DNA from: Octopus sinensis
Taxonomy: Eukaryota
Direction: 5' to 3'
NCBI RefSeq assembly: GCF_006345805.1
Contig: NC_043001.1
Location: forward strand, 58,776,001 to 58,840,000
DNA length: 64,000 nucleotides
The notes under the pieces are model-generated. The model worked only from the letters and a program-made list of their open reading frames with translations, searched no databases and was not told where the DNA came from. Both the position numbers and the translations under genes were made by a program. Of this stretch, positions 29,712 to 40,631 are shown piece after piece; within the stretch, counting starts at the first letter, position 1; every line of letters begins with the position of its first letter.

Positions 29712-30121
29712 TGCCCGAGATGTTGGGAGAGGAGGCCGGTCGATTAGATCGACCTCACTACGCAATTGGAATTTAATTTATCGACCCCGAAAGAATGAAA
29801 GGTAAAGTCGACCTCTGAGGAATTTGAACTCAGAACGTAAAGATAGACGAAGTACCAGTAAGTATTTCGCCCGACGTGCTAACGTTTCTTATTTCTTTAT
29901 TGCCCACAAGGGTCTAAACACAGAAGGAACAAACATGGACAGACAAAGGAATTAAATCGATTACATCGACCCCAGCGCGTAACTGGTACTTAATTTATCG
30001 ACCCTGAAAATATGAAAGGCAAAGTCGACCTCGGCGGAATTTGAACACAGAACGTAACGGCAGACGAAATACCGCTAAGCATTTCGCCCCGTGTGTTAAC
30101 GTGTCTGCCAGCTCGCCGCCT
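29712..30121 (-). mobile_element. SINE family alpha, partial tandem dimer
   Basis: Reverse complement starts GGCGGCGAGCTGGCAGA (A box); B box GTGTTCAAATTCC; aligns with 17168-17570. Confidence 0.85.
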
Positions 30122-30474
30122 TAGCTTAATAAACATGTAGCATGCTTTCCAAAGCTCCTTAACGTGCATCGGCTTTTCATCAACTTTTCCTGGATATACA
30201 TCCGCAGAGTTTTTACAAAAGAATTCTAATCCGAGAAGATGGACTGAACAAACTTATAGGTGATCAAGCAGTGCTTTGTACCCTTCTCAACTGATGAAGT
30301 GCAGGAACACAGCTATTGTTTGATCATATAATGCAATAATGTGCATAATATGTGTAACATTCAGCAATTACTGGTTGATGCTGATGCACCGAAACACTTG
30401 CAGTCATTCGGAATAAAACATTTAATTTATTCCAACTTCTCAGATAAAAACTCTCAACCACGTTCATTATTTTC

Positions 30475-30872
30475 TTTTATCTTTTACTTCTTTCAGTCAT
30501 TATACTATGGACATGCTGGGGCAATGCCTTCAAAATATATTGTTGAATGGATCGACTCCCGTACTCATTACTTTTAAAATTTGGTACGTCTTCAGTCACC
30601 CCCTTCTGCACAACTGCTAAGTTACCGCTTTTGAAGCTGAGATGGGGGGATAAAGACAGAACACAAACACACACACACACACACACACGTACACACACAT
30701 ATATATACACACAAAGTGCTTCTTTCAGTTTCCCTCTAACAAATCTACTCAAAACTCTTTGATTGGACCGAGGCTGTAATAAAAGACATTTGCACAAGGT
30801 GTCATGCAGTAGGACTGAACTCTGAACCATATAGTTGGGGAGCAAGCTTCTTACCAGGCAGCCATAACTGCG
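30475..30872 (-). mobile_element. SINE family beta with internal (CA)n tract
   Basis: Head at 30717-30872 aligns with 60074-60230; 3' body at 30475-30660. Confidence 0.65.
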
Positions 30873-31146
30873 TCTCTCCCACGGCCACGATAATAAAAGT
30901 TAGTGTGCACTGTATTAAAATAAGAGATAGTATTAGGTTCTTGCTATTAAGATACTTGGTTAGGCATGTTTTATAAAGTGCCTTATTTTCTCAGGCTTTG
31001 AGCACATGACTTGTTCAGTTTAAAAATCAGGACGAAGCCACGAGAAGAAACGCGGGGAAGATTGATGCAAAATGTGGAATAAGACAAAGGGTGAATAAAA
31101 TGGTAAAATACGCTTAGTATCCTTTATTTTTTTCCCATCTAACTGT

Positions 31147-31228
<82 letters not shown>
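31147..31228. repeat. (TATC)n microsatellite
   Basis: Directly visible. Confidence 0.95.
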
Positions 31229-32004
31229 GTATGTCTGCTTATCTATCTATCTATCCCACTGCTTATCTATCCCCTGACTTATGTATCTACTTATCTAATA
31301 AACAGCGTATCTGTCTTTGTTTCTCTCTATCATCCATTTTAATATCACCTATTCTTCTATTACTTTCTGCATCTATTTAACTTTCCAACGTTTTTCCTTC
31401 ATACATGCTTTTGTATCATAATTACCGTTTGCCTACCCTTCTTTCATACTTCAACCCATCCTATGACTTACAGTTTGTAGCTTTCTCAAAAGATTTTGGC
31501 TCTCTCCACCTTAACAATATTAAGGTATCCGGCGCTTAATTATTGTTTTTTTCTCATATAGTGGACATCCTTGTCATTGCCTAATTTCACATTATATTGC
31601 TGCTTAAACAGATTTGGCAATCTTTGGACGAAATTTTGTCTATCTGCCTAATATTCTCAGCATCATTCTTGTCATGGACACTTATACAATACCTCCTCAG
31701 TGTACTTCTGTTTCAGTTACAAACAAAACCGTTTACTACGTTGTACATGGTTGCTTAAGTGGGAAAGTTTTTTTCATTCTTGATATGAATGATATCCAAA
31801 CATGTTACAGATTAGAAATTTCCTTTATGATTCAATACTCCCCAAAAGAACTTAATCGATCACTACATTACATATTCAAAAACGGAAAACTATGTATTTT
31901 ATAACAATTAATTTATTATAAATTTTATATTTAAATTTGCTATATTCAGGTGGCAATTGTTTCCGCTAGATGTTATGCCGCATATAACTGTTATTTTACT
32001 AATA

Positions 32005-32150
32005 TATGTGGTAAGAGGCTTGCTTTTTACTACATGTTTCACGGTTCAGACACACTGCATAGCATTTTGGGCAAATGACTTATACTACAGCATCAACTTG
32101 ACAAAAGCTTTGTGAGTAGATTTGGTAGACAGAAACTGAAAGAAACCCAA
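32005..32150 (+). mobile_element. SINE family beta head, degraded
   Basis: TGTGGTAAGAGGCTTGC...TTGTGAGTAGATTTGGTAGACAGAAACTGAAAGAA followed by (TA)n. Confidence 0.65.
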
Positions 32151-32184
32151 TATATATGTTCATATATAAATAAATTTATATATA

Positions 32185-32233
<49 letters not shown>

Positions 32234-32717
32234 CAAGTCCAATTTCGGGGTTAATTCATGAGAAAATTTCCCCCCTTCAGCGGCAAATACACGAGATATA
32301 AATGAAATACTTACTCATACCCATGAAAAAAGCAAGCATTAAGTCCCGAGCATACTTAAGTACCCCAAATATATCCAAAATAGAAAAATCTTCGGCGCAC
32401 CTCGAGACACGTGTGATTCGAACTAGAAAGTTTCACAGAGTGATAGAATCCGGAAGTGAACACTAATCTATTTATAAATAATATAGGATAAATATTTTTT
32501 CGGGAAAAAATATTTTATCAATGGCCAGCATATCAAAAAATGCCTCTAAAGATAAAATTGATACATAATTTACAAGATAAGGGCAGAAGAAAAATTCTAA
32601 TGCCAAATATGCCGCAACAAAAAATTGTCGATAACCATTATAATTTATGCATCTCGAAACAAACCGAAAGAAATCTCTAAAATATTCGTTATTACAGTAT
32701 TTGTCCAATTTCGGACA

Positions 32718-32770
<53 letters not shown>

Positions 32771-33018
32771 TATTAATAACCAGTTAGCTAGTTATTAATA
32801 AACCTGATTAATGTATTATAAATAGATGAGTGTATTTTTACCTTGTTAACAATTAACACGGAAAAAATAAATAAATAGTTACCAGGGTAGCAAAAATCTC
32901 AAAAGAGGTTGTAACTCATTGTTTATAAAGGTAGAAACTTCGTGTTTACGTGGAATTTTTTGTATAATATATGAATAAATAAATGGAGTTTAACGCAGGT
33001 GTAAATCAAATATTTTTA

Positions 33019-33102
33019 CTTTCGACACATGTTTCGAAAATTCCACTGATACTATTCAAAAGAGTAAATTTTATAAACAACGCAATCTTCTCTTCAGGAA
33101 AG
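33019..33102 (-). ncRNA. Minimal type I hammerhead ribozyme in the PLE pseudo-LTR (inverted arm)
   Basis: Minus strand: stem I CUUUC/GAAAG, core CUGAAGA (33097-91), 7-bp stem II GAAGAUU/AAUUUUC with a long loop, GAAA, stem III ACA-UG-UGU, GUC triplet (C = 33024). Confidence 0.8.
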
Positions 33103-33202
33103 GGAAAAAAACGAAACTCGTCAATATGTCATTTTAGCAAAAAATGATGGATTTGTATAGCGATTAACTGAACGCTCTTAATATTGTTAAAAAAAAACGT
33201 TA

Positions 33203-33998
33203 TCTATATATATAAAACTGTAGCTGTGTGAGTGTCTGTCCCCTTCGAATTAGATTCCTAACTACTCCCATATTTTGCGATGCAGTTTAACCAAATTCGG
33301 GTATCTTATAGTCGTGATTCATATCGAGCCCGTCTGTGTATTAGCGCGCGTCTACGATGAGTCTACGATTTAAAAAATAATTTAACATCATTTTTTTACA
33401 TTTTAACGCATATTTTTTTAATTGGCGGTGGATTTGGCGTCCATGCTCACACCTGCGCCTGTGTTTCTTCTCCCCCTTCTTCCCTCCCTCGTGATGCTGT
33501 GGAGAAGGGAGTATAAGGAAATCAACGTCGTAAAGCGTTGTCAAGGAGACCAGCGTTCTTTCAGAACAACGACTTCATAGCTTGAAGACACCAAAACAGA
33601 ATCTTTATATATAAAAGTGAAGTCGTGTGTCTGTCTCCTACGATTTAGATTCCTAACTACTCCCACATTTTGCGGTGCAGTGTAACCAAAAGCCGGTATC
33701 TTATAGTCATGATTCATATCGAGCCCTTCTGCGTATTAGCGCGCGTCTACGATGAGTCTACAATTGAAAAAAAAATTTAACATCATTTTTTCCATTTTAA
33801 TGCATTTTTTCGCTATTATATAAGGGAAGTAACTCTCTAAAAATGTCTACGATGAGTCAACGATTTAAAAAAAAAATGACCATCATTTTTTACTCCATTT
33901 TTTATGCATTTTTTGCTATTTTTTTGCTATAACTCACTAAAAATGCTTATATAGTTATTTCCCTTACAAACCCGAGCAACGCCGGGCGATACTGCTAG
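33203..33998 (+). mobile_element. Non-autonomous Helitron (two tandem 5' modules, one 3' terminus)
   Basis: A|TCTATATATATAAAA at 33203 and A|TCTTTATATATAAAA at 33602, with ~200-bp similar bodies. 3' hairpin CCCGAGCAACGCCGGG (33971-86), 8 nt, then CTAG|T (33995-98). Confidence 0.8.
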
Positions 33999-35294
33999 TA
34001 TGATATAACGTCATAAGTAGCTTACAGAAAGAATAGGGATATTAATAGTGAATGTTAAATTTAAAAGAAATTAAAGTTTAAATTATATATAATGATAGAG
34101 ACTACTTATATGCACTAAATGTGTGTTTTTGCCAATGTTTACATCTGTATGCTCGCTCTATAACCGTGTTTACTAGGGGATTTTTAGAAGAAATATACGT
34201 ATATATGTATATATATATATATAGTACTTAATAAGGAACTTTGGGTTGCTCATAACAAAGCTGGTCTCCACCGAGAAGAAATTAATGTTGTGTTGGCAGC
34301 CAGAAGATCTATCATTAAATTTGATAATAAGTTTTGGGTCCGTAAAGACACACCAGATAGTTTCGATATACCAATGGTAAGTTCTGATTCAGTACAAATA
34401 GCTGATTTGGTCTGTATATATATACTTTTTGTAATGGCAGAAGCGTTCCCTAACATTTATGGAGGTCTATATCGTGATGATTGTTTACTTTACCTCCAAA
34501 ATGTTTCCAACCAAAAGGTACAAAAAGTTAAGAATAGTTTAGTTAATTTTTTCAGTAGAATTGGCTTCAAAATCGTTTTTGATGACGATATGACGAAGGC
34601 CAACTTTTTAGATATTACGCTTAATTTACACAGTGACTCTTACTTACCATATCGTAAACCGTTGACCAATCTTAAGTACATTAGCAAATTTAGTAATCAT
34701 CCTAGAGCAATTACTAAAAACGTAGTAAAGAATATTTCATTTAGATTATCTAAATTATCTGCTAATGTTGATATTTTCAATGATAACGCTGAATTCTATA
34801 ACTCTGTCTTAATTAAAGCATGTTATACAGAGAAAATTTTCTACATTGATTCTACTCAGTCTAATTGTAAATTCAATAATGTAGATAAGATTTCTAGTCG
34901 TAAAAGAATTATTGATAACAAACATAACTTACGCGCCGATACAAAGCGAATGAAGGCAGATAACCCTTATGTAATCCTCTATTATCGTTCTAAAAGTAAA
35001 TATAACACCTTCAAAAATGATTACACTATGAATACTAGTATAATATTTGGTTAATAGTTCCTTACGGGAGACAAATTAAAATCTAATCTCCCACTGCTGT
35101 TTCGTCAAGCTATTGTTAGGAATTTTCCAAAAAATTCTAGGTATTACTCTATTATCAATTTACATACGTTTAGGATCGACTTTGCAAACACAAAAAACCT
35201 CTTACAAATTATCTCTTCACGTAATAAATTAATTTAGCTAATACCATCCAACCCTCTAGAAATATTAATAACAAGGTTATTGTATTTGAAGTCA

Positions 35295-35445
35295 GAGATT
35301 TACATATCGTCAGACACTAAGGGACATGCTCAACTGGTTGAGGTTAAACAACTGACAAGCAAATCTGTGGTATTGAACAGAATATTTGCTGTAGGCCATC
35401 TTTTATACCGAGAAAAAAAAAACAATGTACATGATAACATTTCCA
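35295..35445 (-). mobile_element. Internal, tail-less fragment of family A inserted in the PLE linker
   Basis: Reverse complement matches ~22945-23087 (ACAGATTTGCTTGTCAGTTGTTT); replaces 51 bp present in the sister PLE at 63745-63795. Confidence 0.75.
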
Positions 35446-35986
35446 TATACGAGTTTATAATCAGTACTCGTAATAAAGTACGATTTTACATTGGCAGCAC
35501 ATCGTTAGAGTTATCTAAAAGAATGTCTATCCATTACTCAACATTTAGGGAGAGAAATAAACGTAATAGTACCGGTCTCAGCAAACTGATTTGGGATCTA
35601 AAAGACCACAATGAACAATTTCATTTAGAATGGTTGTTTCTGTCAATCTCGACACCTCATGACAAAGGCAAGGAATTCTGTTTTCTCTGCAATTTTGAGC
35701 TATTTTTCATTATTTTTTTCTAAAAATCCCCTACTAAACATTGTTATAGAGCGAGCATACATATGTAAACATTGGCAAAAACACACATTTAGTGCATATA
35801 AGTAGTCTCTATCATTATATATAATTTAAACTTTTATTTCTTTTTATTTAACATTCACTATTAATATCCCTACTCTTTCTGTAAGCTACTTATGACGTTA
35901 TATCATATTAAGAGCGTTCAGTTAATCGCTATACAAATCCATCATTTTTTGTTAAAATGACTTATTGACGAGTTTCGTTTTTTTCC

Positions 35987-36070
35987 CTTTCCTGAAGAGA
36001 AGATTGCATTGTTTATACCATTTATTCTTTTGAATAGTATCAGTGGAATTTTCGAAATATGTGTCGAAAG
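35987..36070 (+). ncRNA. Minimal type I hammerhead ribozyme in the PLE 3' pseudo-LTR
   Basis: Stem I 35987-91/36066-70, CUGAAGA 35992-98, stem II 35999-36005/36047-53, GAAA 36054-57, stem III AUA-UG-UGU (one U.G pair), GUC cleavage triplet ending at 36065. Confidence 0.75.
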
Positions 36071-36104
36071 TAAAAATATTTGATTTACACCTGCGTTAAA
36101 CTCC

Positions 36105-36147
<43 letters not shown>

Positions 36148-36282
36148 GAGGGCATTATACATACATGCCAGGAGGCATTATATATACATGCCAAACGCTA
36201 AGAGGGACAATCAGTCATTTCTACCAAAAATATTACTAATCCCACCGAATGCAATTTTTCAACTAAGACATTTAAAAAATAT

Positions 36283-36330
36283 AGACCTGTATCACAGTGA
36301 TTTCATACTTACGTAATCATCAGCAGGCCT
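36283..36330 (-). ncRNA. Minimal type I hammerhead ribozyme, copy 1
   Basis: Minus strand AGGCCUG-CUGAUGA-U-UAC-GUAA-GUA-U-GAAA-UCAC-U-GUGA-UA-CAGGUCU: 7-bp stem I, intact core, GNRA-capped stem II, near-palindromic stem III, AUA triplet. Confidence 0.8.
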
Positions 36331-36753
36331 GAATGTATTATAAATAAACAACGACCCTGCCTCGCTTAAGCCGATCAGCTAACTGATCAACATCAACGAA
36401 GCACATGGGTGAGTTTATATATATTACATCCGGTAAATGGTAAACTTTTACGAATTGCATTTCGGGAGAGGAAAAGTTTTTTCGGAATAAAAATTTAGCA
36501 ATTAAGGACAACTACTTATAAGGAAAACTTAACAAGAAATGTCAGGTAGATAGCGTAAAAACCTCATAAGAGAAAAATTTCGAAAATAATTATTTCTTAT
36601 TGAACATATTAATTTATATATAGGGCATTATACATACATGCCAGGAGGCATTATATATACATGCCAAACGCTAAGAGGGACAATCAGTCATTTCTACCAA
36701 AAAATTACTAATCCCACCGAATGCAATTTTTCAGTAAGACATTTAAAAAATAT

Positions 36754-36800
36754 AGACCTGTATCACAGTGATTTCATACTTACGTATCATCAGCAGGCCT
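36754..36800 (-). ncRNA. Minimal type I hammerhead ribozyme, copy 2
   Basis: Identical to 36283-36330 except for one U fewer at the base of stem II. Confidence 0.72.
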
Positions 36801-36872
36801 GATTTTTTTCCTTGATTAAGTTTTCCTTATTAGTAGTTTCCTTAATTGCTATTTTTATATATATATATATAT

Positions 36873-37137
36873 ATCAATATAGGGTAGCAAAAAATTCAAT
36901 AGAAATTTATCGCCACCAGCGGTCTAGTGAGAAAGAGAAGATAGTCAAAGACAATATATATAATTCAACAACAATTGAGGAATGGCCTTAATAGGCCATT
37001 CTAGTGGGTCGAATGGCCTATTAAGGCCATTCCTCAATTGTTGTTGAATTTATATATAACTTTGACTATTTTCTCTTTCTCACTAGACCGCTAGTGGCGA
37101 TAAATTTCTATTGAATTTTTTGCTACCCTATATTGAT
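36873..37137. repeat. Long near-perfect palindrome (~128-bp arms, 9-nt spacer)
   Basis: 36873-37001 is the reverse complement of 37011-37137 with only a few mismatches/indels; spacer TAGTGGGTC. Confidence 0.92.
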
Positions 37138-37510
37138 AAATTGATGATTTTCTGACTAATTCTGAAATTGAATCAGCAGTTTATATTTACTGCTGATAAG
37201 TTGGCGCGAGTACGATGGTTTTGAAAATTTTAGGGCAGATATTCCTAGGGCATAGATACAGATGCCTCCTGTATATCCGTCTCTCCTGGCCTCTTTACCG
37301 ACGAGGTGTAGCCTTTGGTGGATTGACTTAATTTAATTTAATTAAGCTGGTTTGCCATTAAAAACACCGAAACACTGCATTGTCTAAAGATGATTTAGGG
37401 TAAATGTTTTAAAATTTTCCTTTAGTTTCTGAATTACTACTACTTGGCGGTTTGAGGCCTGGTTGCTCTTTCTAGTGGGTCGAATGGCCTATTAGGCCAT
37501 TCCTCAATTG

Positions 37511-37670
<160 letters not shown>

Positions 37671-40380
37671 GTTTCTTTATTGGCCACACAGGGCAGCACA
37701 CAGATGGGACAAGTTACAAGGTAGAGCTTTTATTTTGGGGGATGAAAAAACAAAAAACGAAAAAAGGGATGGCGTAGGTTTTCGATCAAGAGGGATCGTA
37801 AAAGTGAGGAAAAGAACAAAAAAAAATAATAAAAAATAAAAATTTAAAAAAAGAAGACAAGGAAAAAAATAAAAGGAAAGAGAAATGAAAAATGAAGAAA
37901 AAAGGGGTAAAAAGGGGAAGAGGAAAAACAAACGATCAATAGGGATCGTATATCACAGTGTTATGATATATGGTGTAAAGGGGAAAGCAAGTAAGGTTTA
38001 TCCCTGGGCAGAAAAGCCTACGAAAAAGACCACGGTAACCTTGGTCAATATTGTTATATGTTACATTTATTTGCAAGTGGGTAACCCTCTGTTTTCAATT
38101 TCTGGGTTCATAGGATTATACTCAAGGTGGCTTCGTCATTCATACGTGCCAGCCTTGCTACATTCACCCATCTTTTTTTAAAACATTCGCTAGACAAAAC
38201 TTTCACTTTCCTTTTCAAGTGGTACTTGAAGAAGTTGATGAGAGATTGACCAGAGAGGAAAGTGTTTGTCTCCAATCCTTTCAGACGCGTCCACCAGATA
38301 CATTCTTTCGCCATAGCCTCAAGGATGATGAAAATAGCTCTTCCTTCCCGTTTGAAGGAAGGAGGCGTGACAATATTGACGATAGACTCAGCTGATAAAC
38401 CGACTCGTCCCACACGTGACAGCAGTTGTTCGACATAAGCCCACAGGTCGGAAATTGTTGGACACTGCACAAGTGCGTGCAGAACGGTTTCGTCGCTCTG
38501 ACCGTATCTTGGGCAGGTCGGCCCCGTGTTTCTCGAGCCGTGTCTGTAGAGCTTATCCCGAACGGGTAGCGTTTCTCGGTAGCACTGCCAGGCCAGGGAT
38601 CTCTGGAAGTTGTCCATGGGCCCTGGCCCGAAAATCGTTTGAAACAGGCGGGTCAGGTACTCCTCGTCGACGTCCAGGTTCGCCCCGAGCTCGTCGTCGT
38701 ACCTCCCCTCCACTAATCCCCTATAGAATGCTTTGGTTGTGATGAAGTCAATCAAGGTCGACCCAGGACGGCAGAGTTGCTTGAGAGCAACGCGACACTC
38801 GCGGTGCCATTCGCCCTTCCTCGGCCTCTTTTGATCCACGACTGCAGTTCGGTCATGGAGACCACACTTGTTCACCGTCGTCTACGAAGAGCCTGAGATG
38901 TCGCAGGCTCAGCGCGTGTCTGCGCATCATCAACAACGGCATGCCCAATCCTCCTTTTAACGGGTGTTGACAGCAAATGGATCGCCTGACCATCGGGACG
39001 CATCCTTTCCACAAGAAGCGAAAGAGAATGCGTTCTAGTTTGGTGATGGTAGGGTCGGGACAAGTCACGACGGTCAGGCGGTAGTAGATGACGGACGCGA
39101 TGTACGTGTTCGCCACCTCCGCCCGACCTTTTAGGGACAGTTTCCTCTCGGCCCATTGCCGGGCGAGAGTGACCACCCTACTCGTTATCTCGTTCCAGTT
39201 CTTCTCCATTTGGAGGTCCGGACCGAACTAGACCCCGAGCAACTCAACCGGGCCGTCGGTCCAGCGTCCCACGACGGAGGCGCTGGTGGACAGCATGGGC
39301 TTGCTTCTCCAGGTGCCTAGTCGCAAGCCCACTGACTTTTCCCGGTTGATTTTCGCTCCTGTCACCGCTTCGTAGTTTTTCAGTGTCTCGCCGACCTGCT
39401 CGATGTGCTCGTGGCTAGACACTATGACGGTGACGTCGTCCGTGTATGCAGACACGCTCGTCCCGCATCCAAGTTCTCGCGGGATGCCCCTCAAAGTTGC
39501 CAGCTTCCGCAATAATGAGAGTCAATACTTATAGAAGCGACGAGAGGGGGCATCCCTGACGGACCGAACGTGCGATGTCGAAGGATCTCGATAGATGTCC
39601 ATTTACGCGAATTACCGAAGCGGCTATCCAGCCGCGGAAGACAGGACCGAAGCCAGCCGCTCTGAGGACTGCCTCCAAGTATCGATGGTCCACCCTATCG
39701 AAAGCTTTCGATTGATCCAAATTGATCAGCGCCCCACCCATGCCAGGTTCGTTAACTACCCTGTCTATGATGTAGCGCATCAGGTGGAGGTTGTCATGGA
39801 TGGTCCGGCCCGGCACGGCGCATGTTTGCGCCTTGTCGACTAGTTTCTCGATGACAAGCGCGAACCTCTTGGCTAGCACCTTGACCAAAATTTTCAAGTC
39901 TGCATTAAGCAGAGTGATGGGCCTAAAGTTATCTATTACATTTCCCTTGTTTAGTTCTTTCTTCAGCAGTGTTACGGCTCCTCGGCTCACAAAACCAGGA
40001 ATGCTCCCGTTTTGCTGCCAGTTGCAGTACACCGCCGCCAAGAGATCTCCAAACAAGTCTGGCATACAATTGTAAAGCTCGTAGGGTAGACCATCCAAAC
40101 CCGGTGATTTGTCCCTCGAGCATTCTGCCATCGCGTCCTGCACTTCCGCCGCCGTGATGGCACCTTCGCAGCACCCTGCCTCTCTTGTCGAGAGTCGGGG
40201 TAGGCTATGTAGGTAGGCACTGAAGTCCACCCTACGTTCTTGCCCTCCACTCGTCCCGAACAATCGGGCAAAATGCTGTTGAAAGGCCTCACACATTTTA
40301 CTTGGCTCGATCAATTCGCGCCCCTGTTCATTGTGGAGTCTGGTCTCACTTATGGGTATGATTTCTAACTTATGTGACTT
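37671..40380 (-). mobile_element. Tx1-clade (L1 superfamily) LINE, 5'-truncated: RT, zf-RVT and 3' UTR, with few lesions
   Basis: KSPGLDGLP, NFRPITLLNADLKIL, LDQSKAFDRVDH, SVRQGCPLS, SAYTDDV, GAKINREKS, KLSLKGRA, KGGLGMP, CP..GQSDETVLHALVQC. Visibly GC-rich. 3' end AATAAAGAAAC then (TATC)n. Stops/frameshifts near 39529, 39228 and 38853. Confidence 0.92.
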
Positions 40381-40382
40381 TA

Positions 40383-40383
40383 T

Positions 40384-40443
<60 letters not shown>

Positions 40444-40444
40444 T

Positions 40445-40526
<82 letters not shown>

Positions 40527-40547
40527 GATGGATGGATGAATAGATAT

Positions 40548-40630
<83 letters not shown>

Positions 40631-40631
40631 T
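40383..40631. repeat. (GATA)n/(TATC)n microsatellite at the 5' junction of the Tx1 copy
   Basis: Directly visible; source of the YLSI repeats in the 368-aa ORF. Confidence 0.95.

Larger units (their letters stand above)
32979..36110 (+). mobile_element. Penelope-like element (RT + C-terminal GIY-YIG), 5'-truncated, with inverted pseudo-LTR arms (32979-34195, interrupted; 35711-36110)
   Basis: RT FDIPMVSSDSVQIADLV..GLYRDD..NFLDITLNL..SNHP (34225-35054); GIY-YIG SIYEFIIST..FYIGSTS..KR..H..STGLSKLIW..CFLC (35440-35723). 34001-34195 and 32979-33183 are reverse complements of 35711-36110. Stops and frameshifts present. Confidence 0.9.
36150..36802 (-). repeat. ~180-bp direct repeat pair (36150-36332, 36623-36802), each carrying a hammerhead; second PLE/retrozyme-like unit
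   Basis: GGGCATTATACATACATGCCAGG...CATCAGCAGGCCTGA is present twice, about 471 bp apart, with only ~3 small indels. Confidence 0.9.

Noticed and set aside
32237-32285. Minus-strand CUGAAGG-GGGG...CCCC-GAAA hammerhead-like relic
   Set aside because: A9 and U16.1 are altered and stem I cannot be formed; at best a dead relic.
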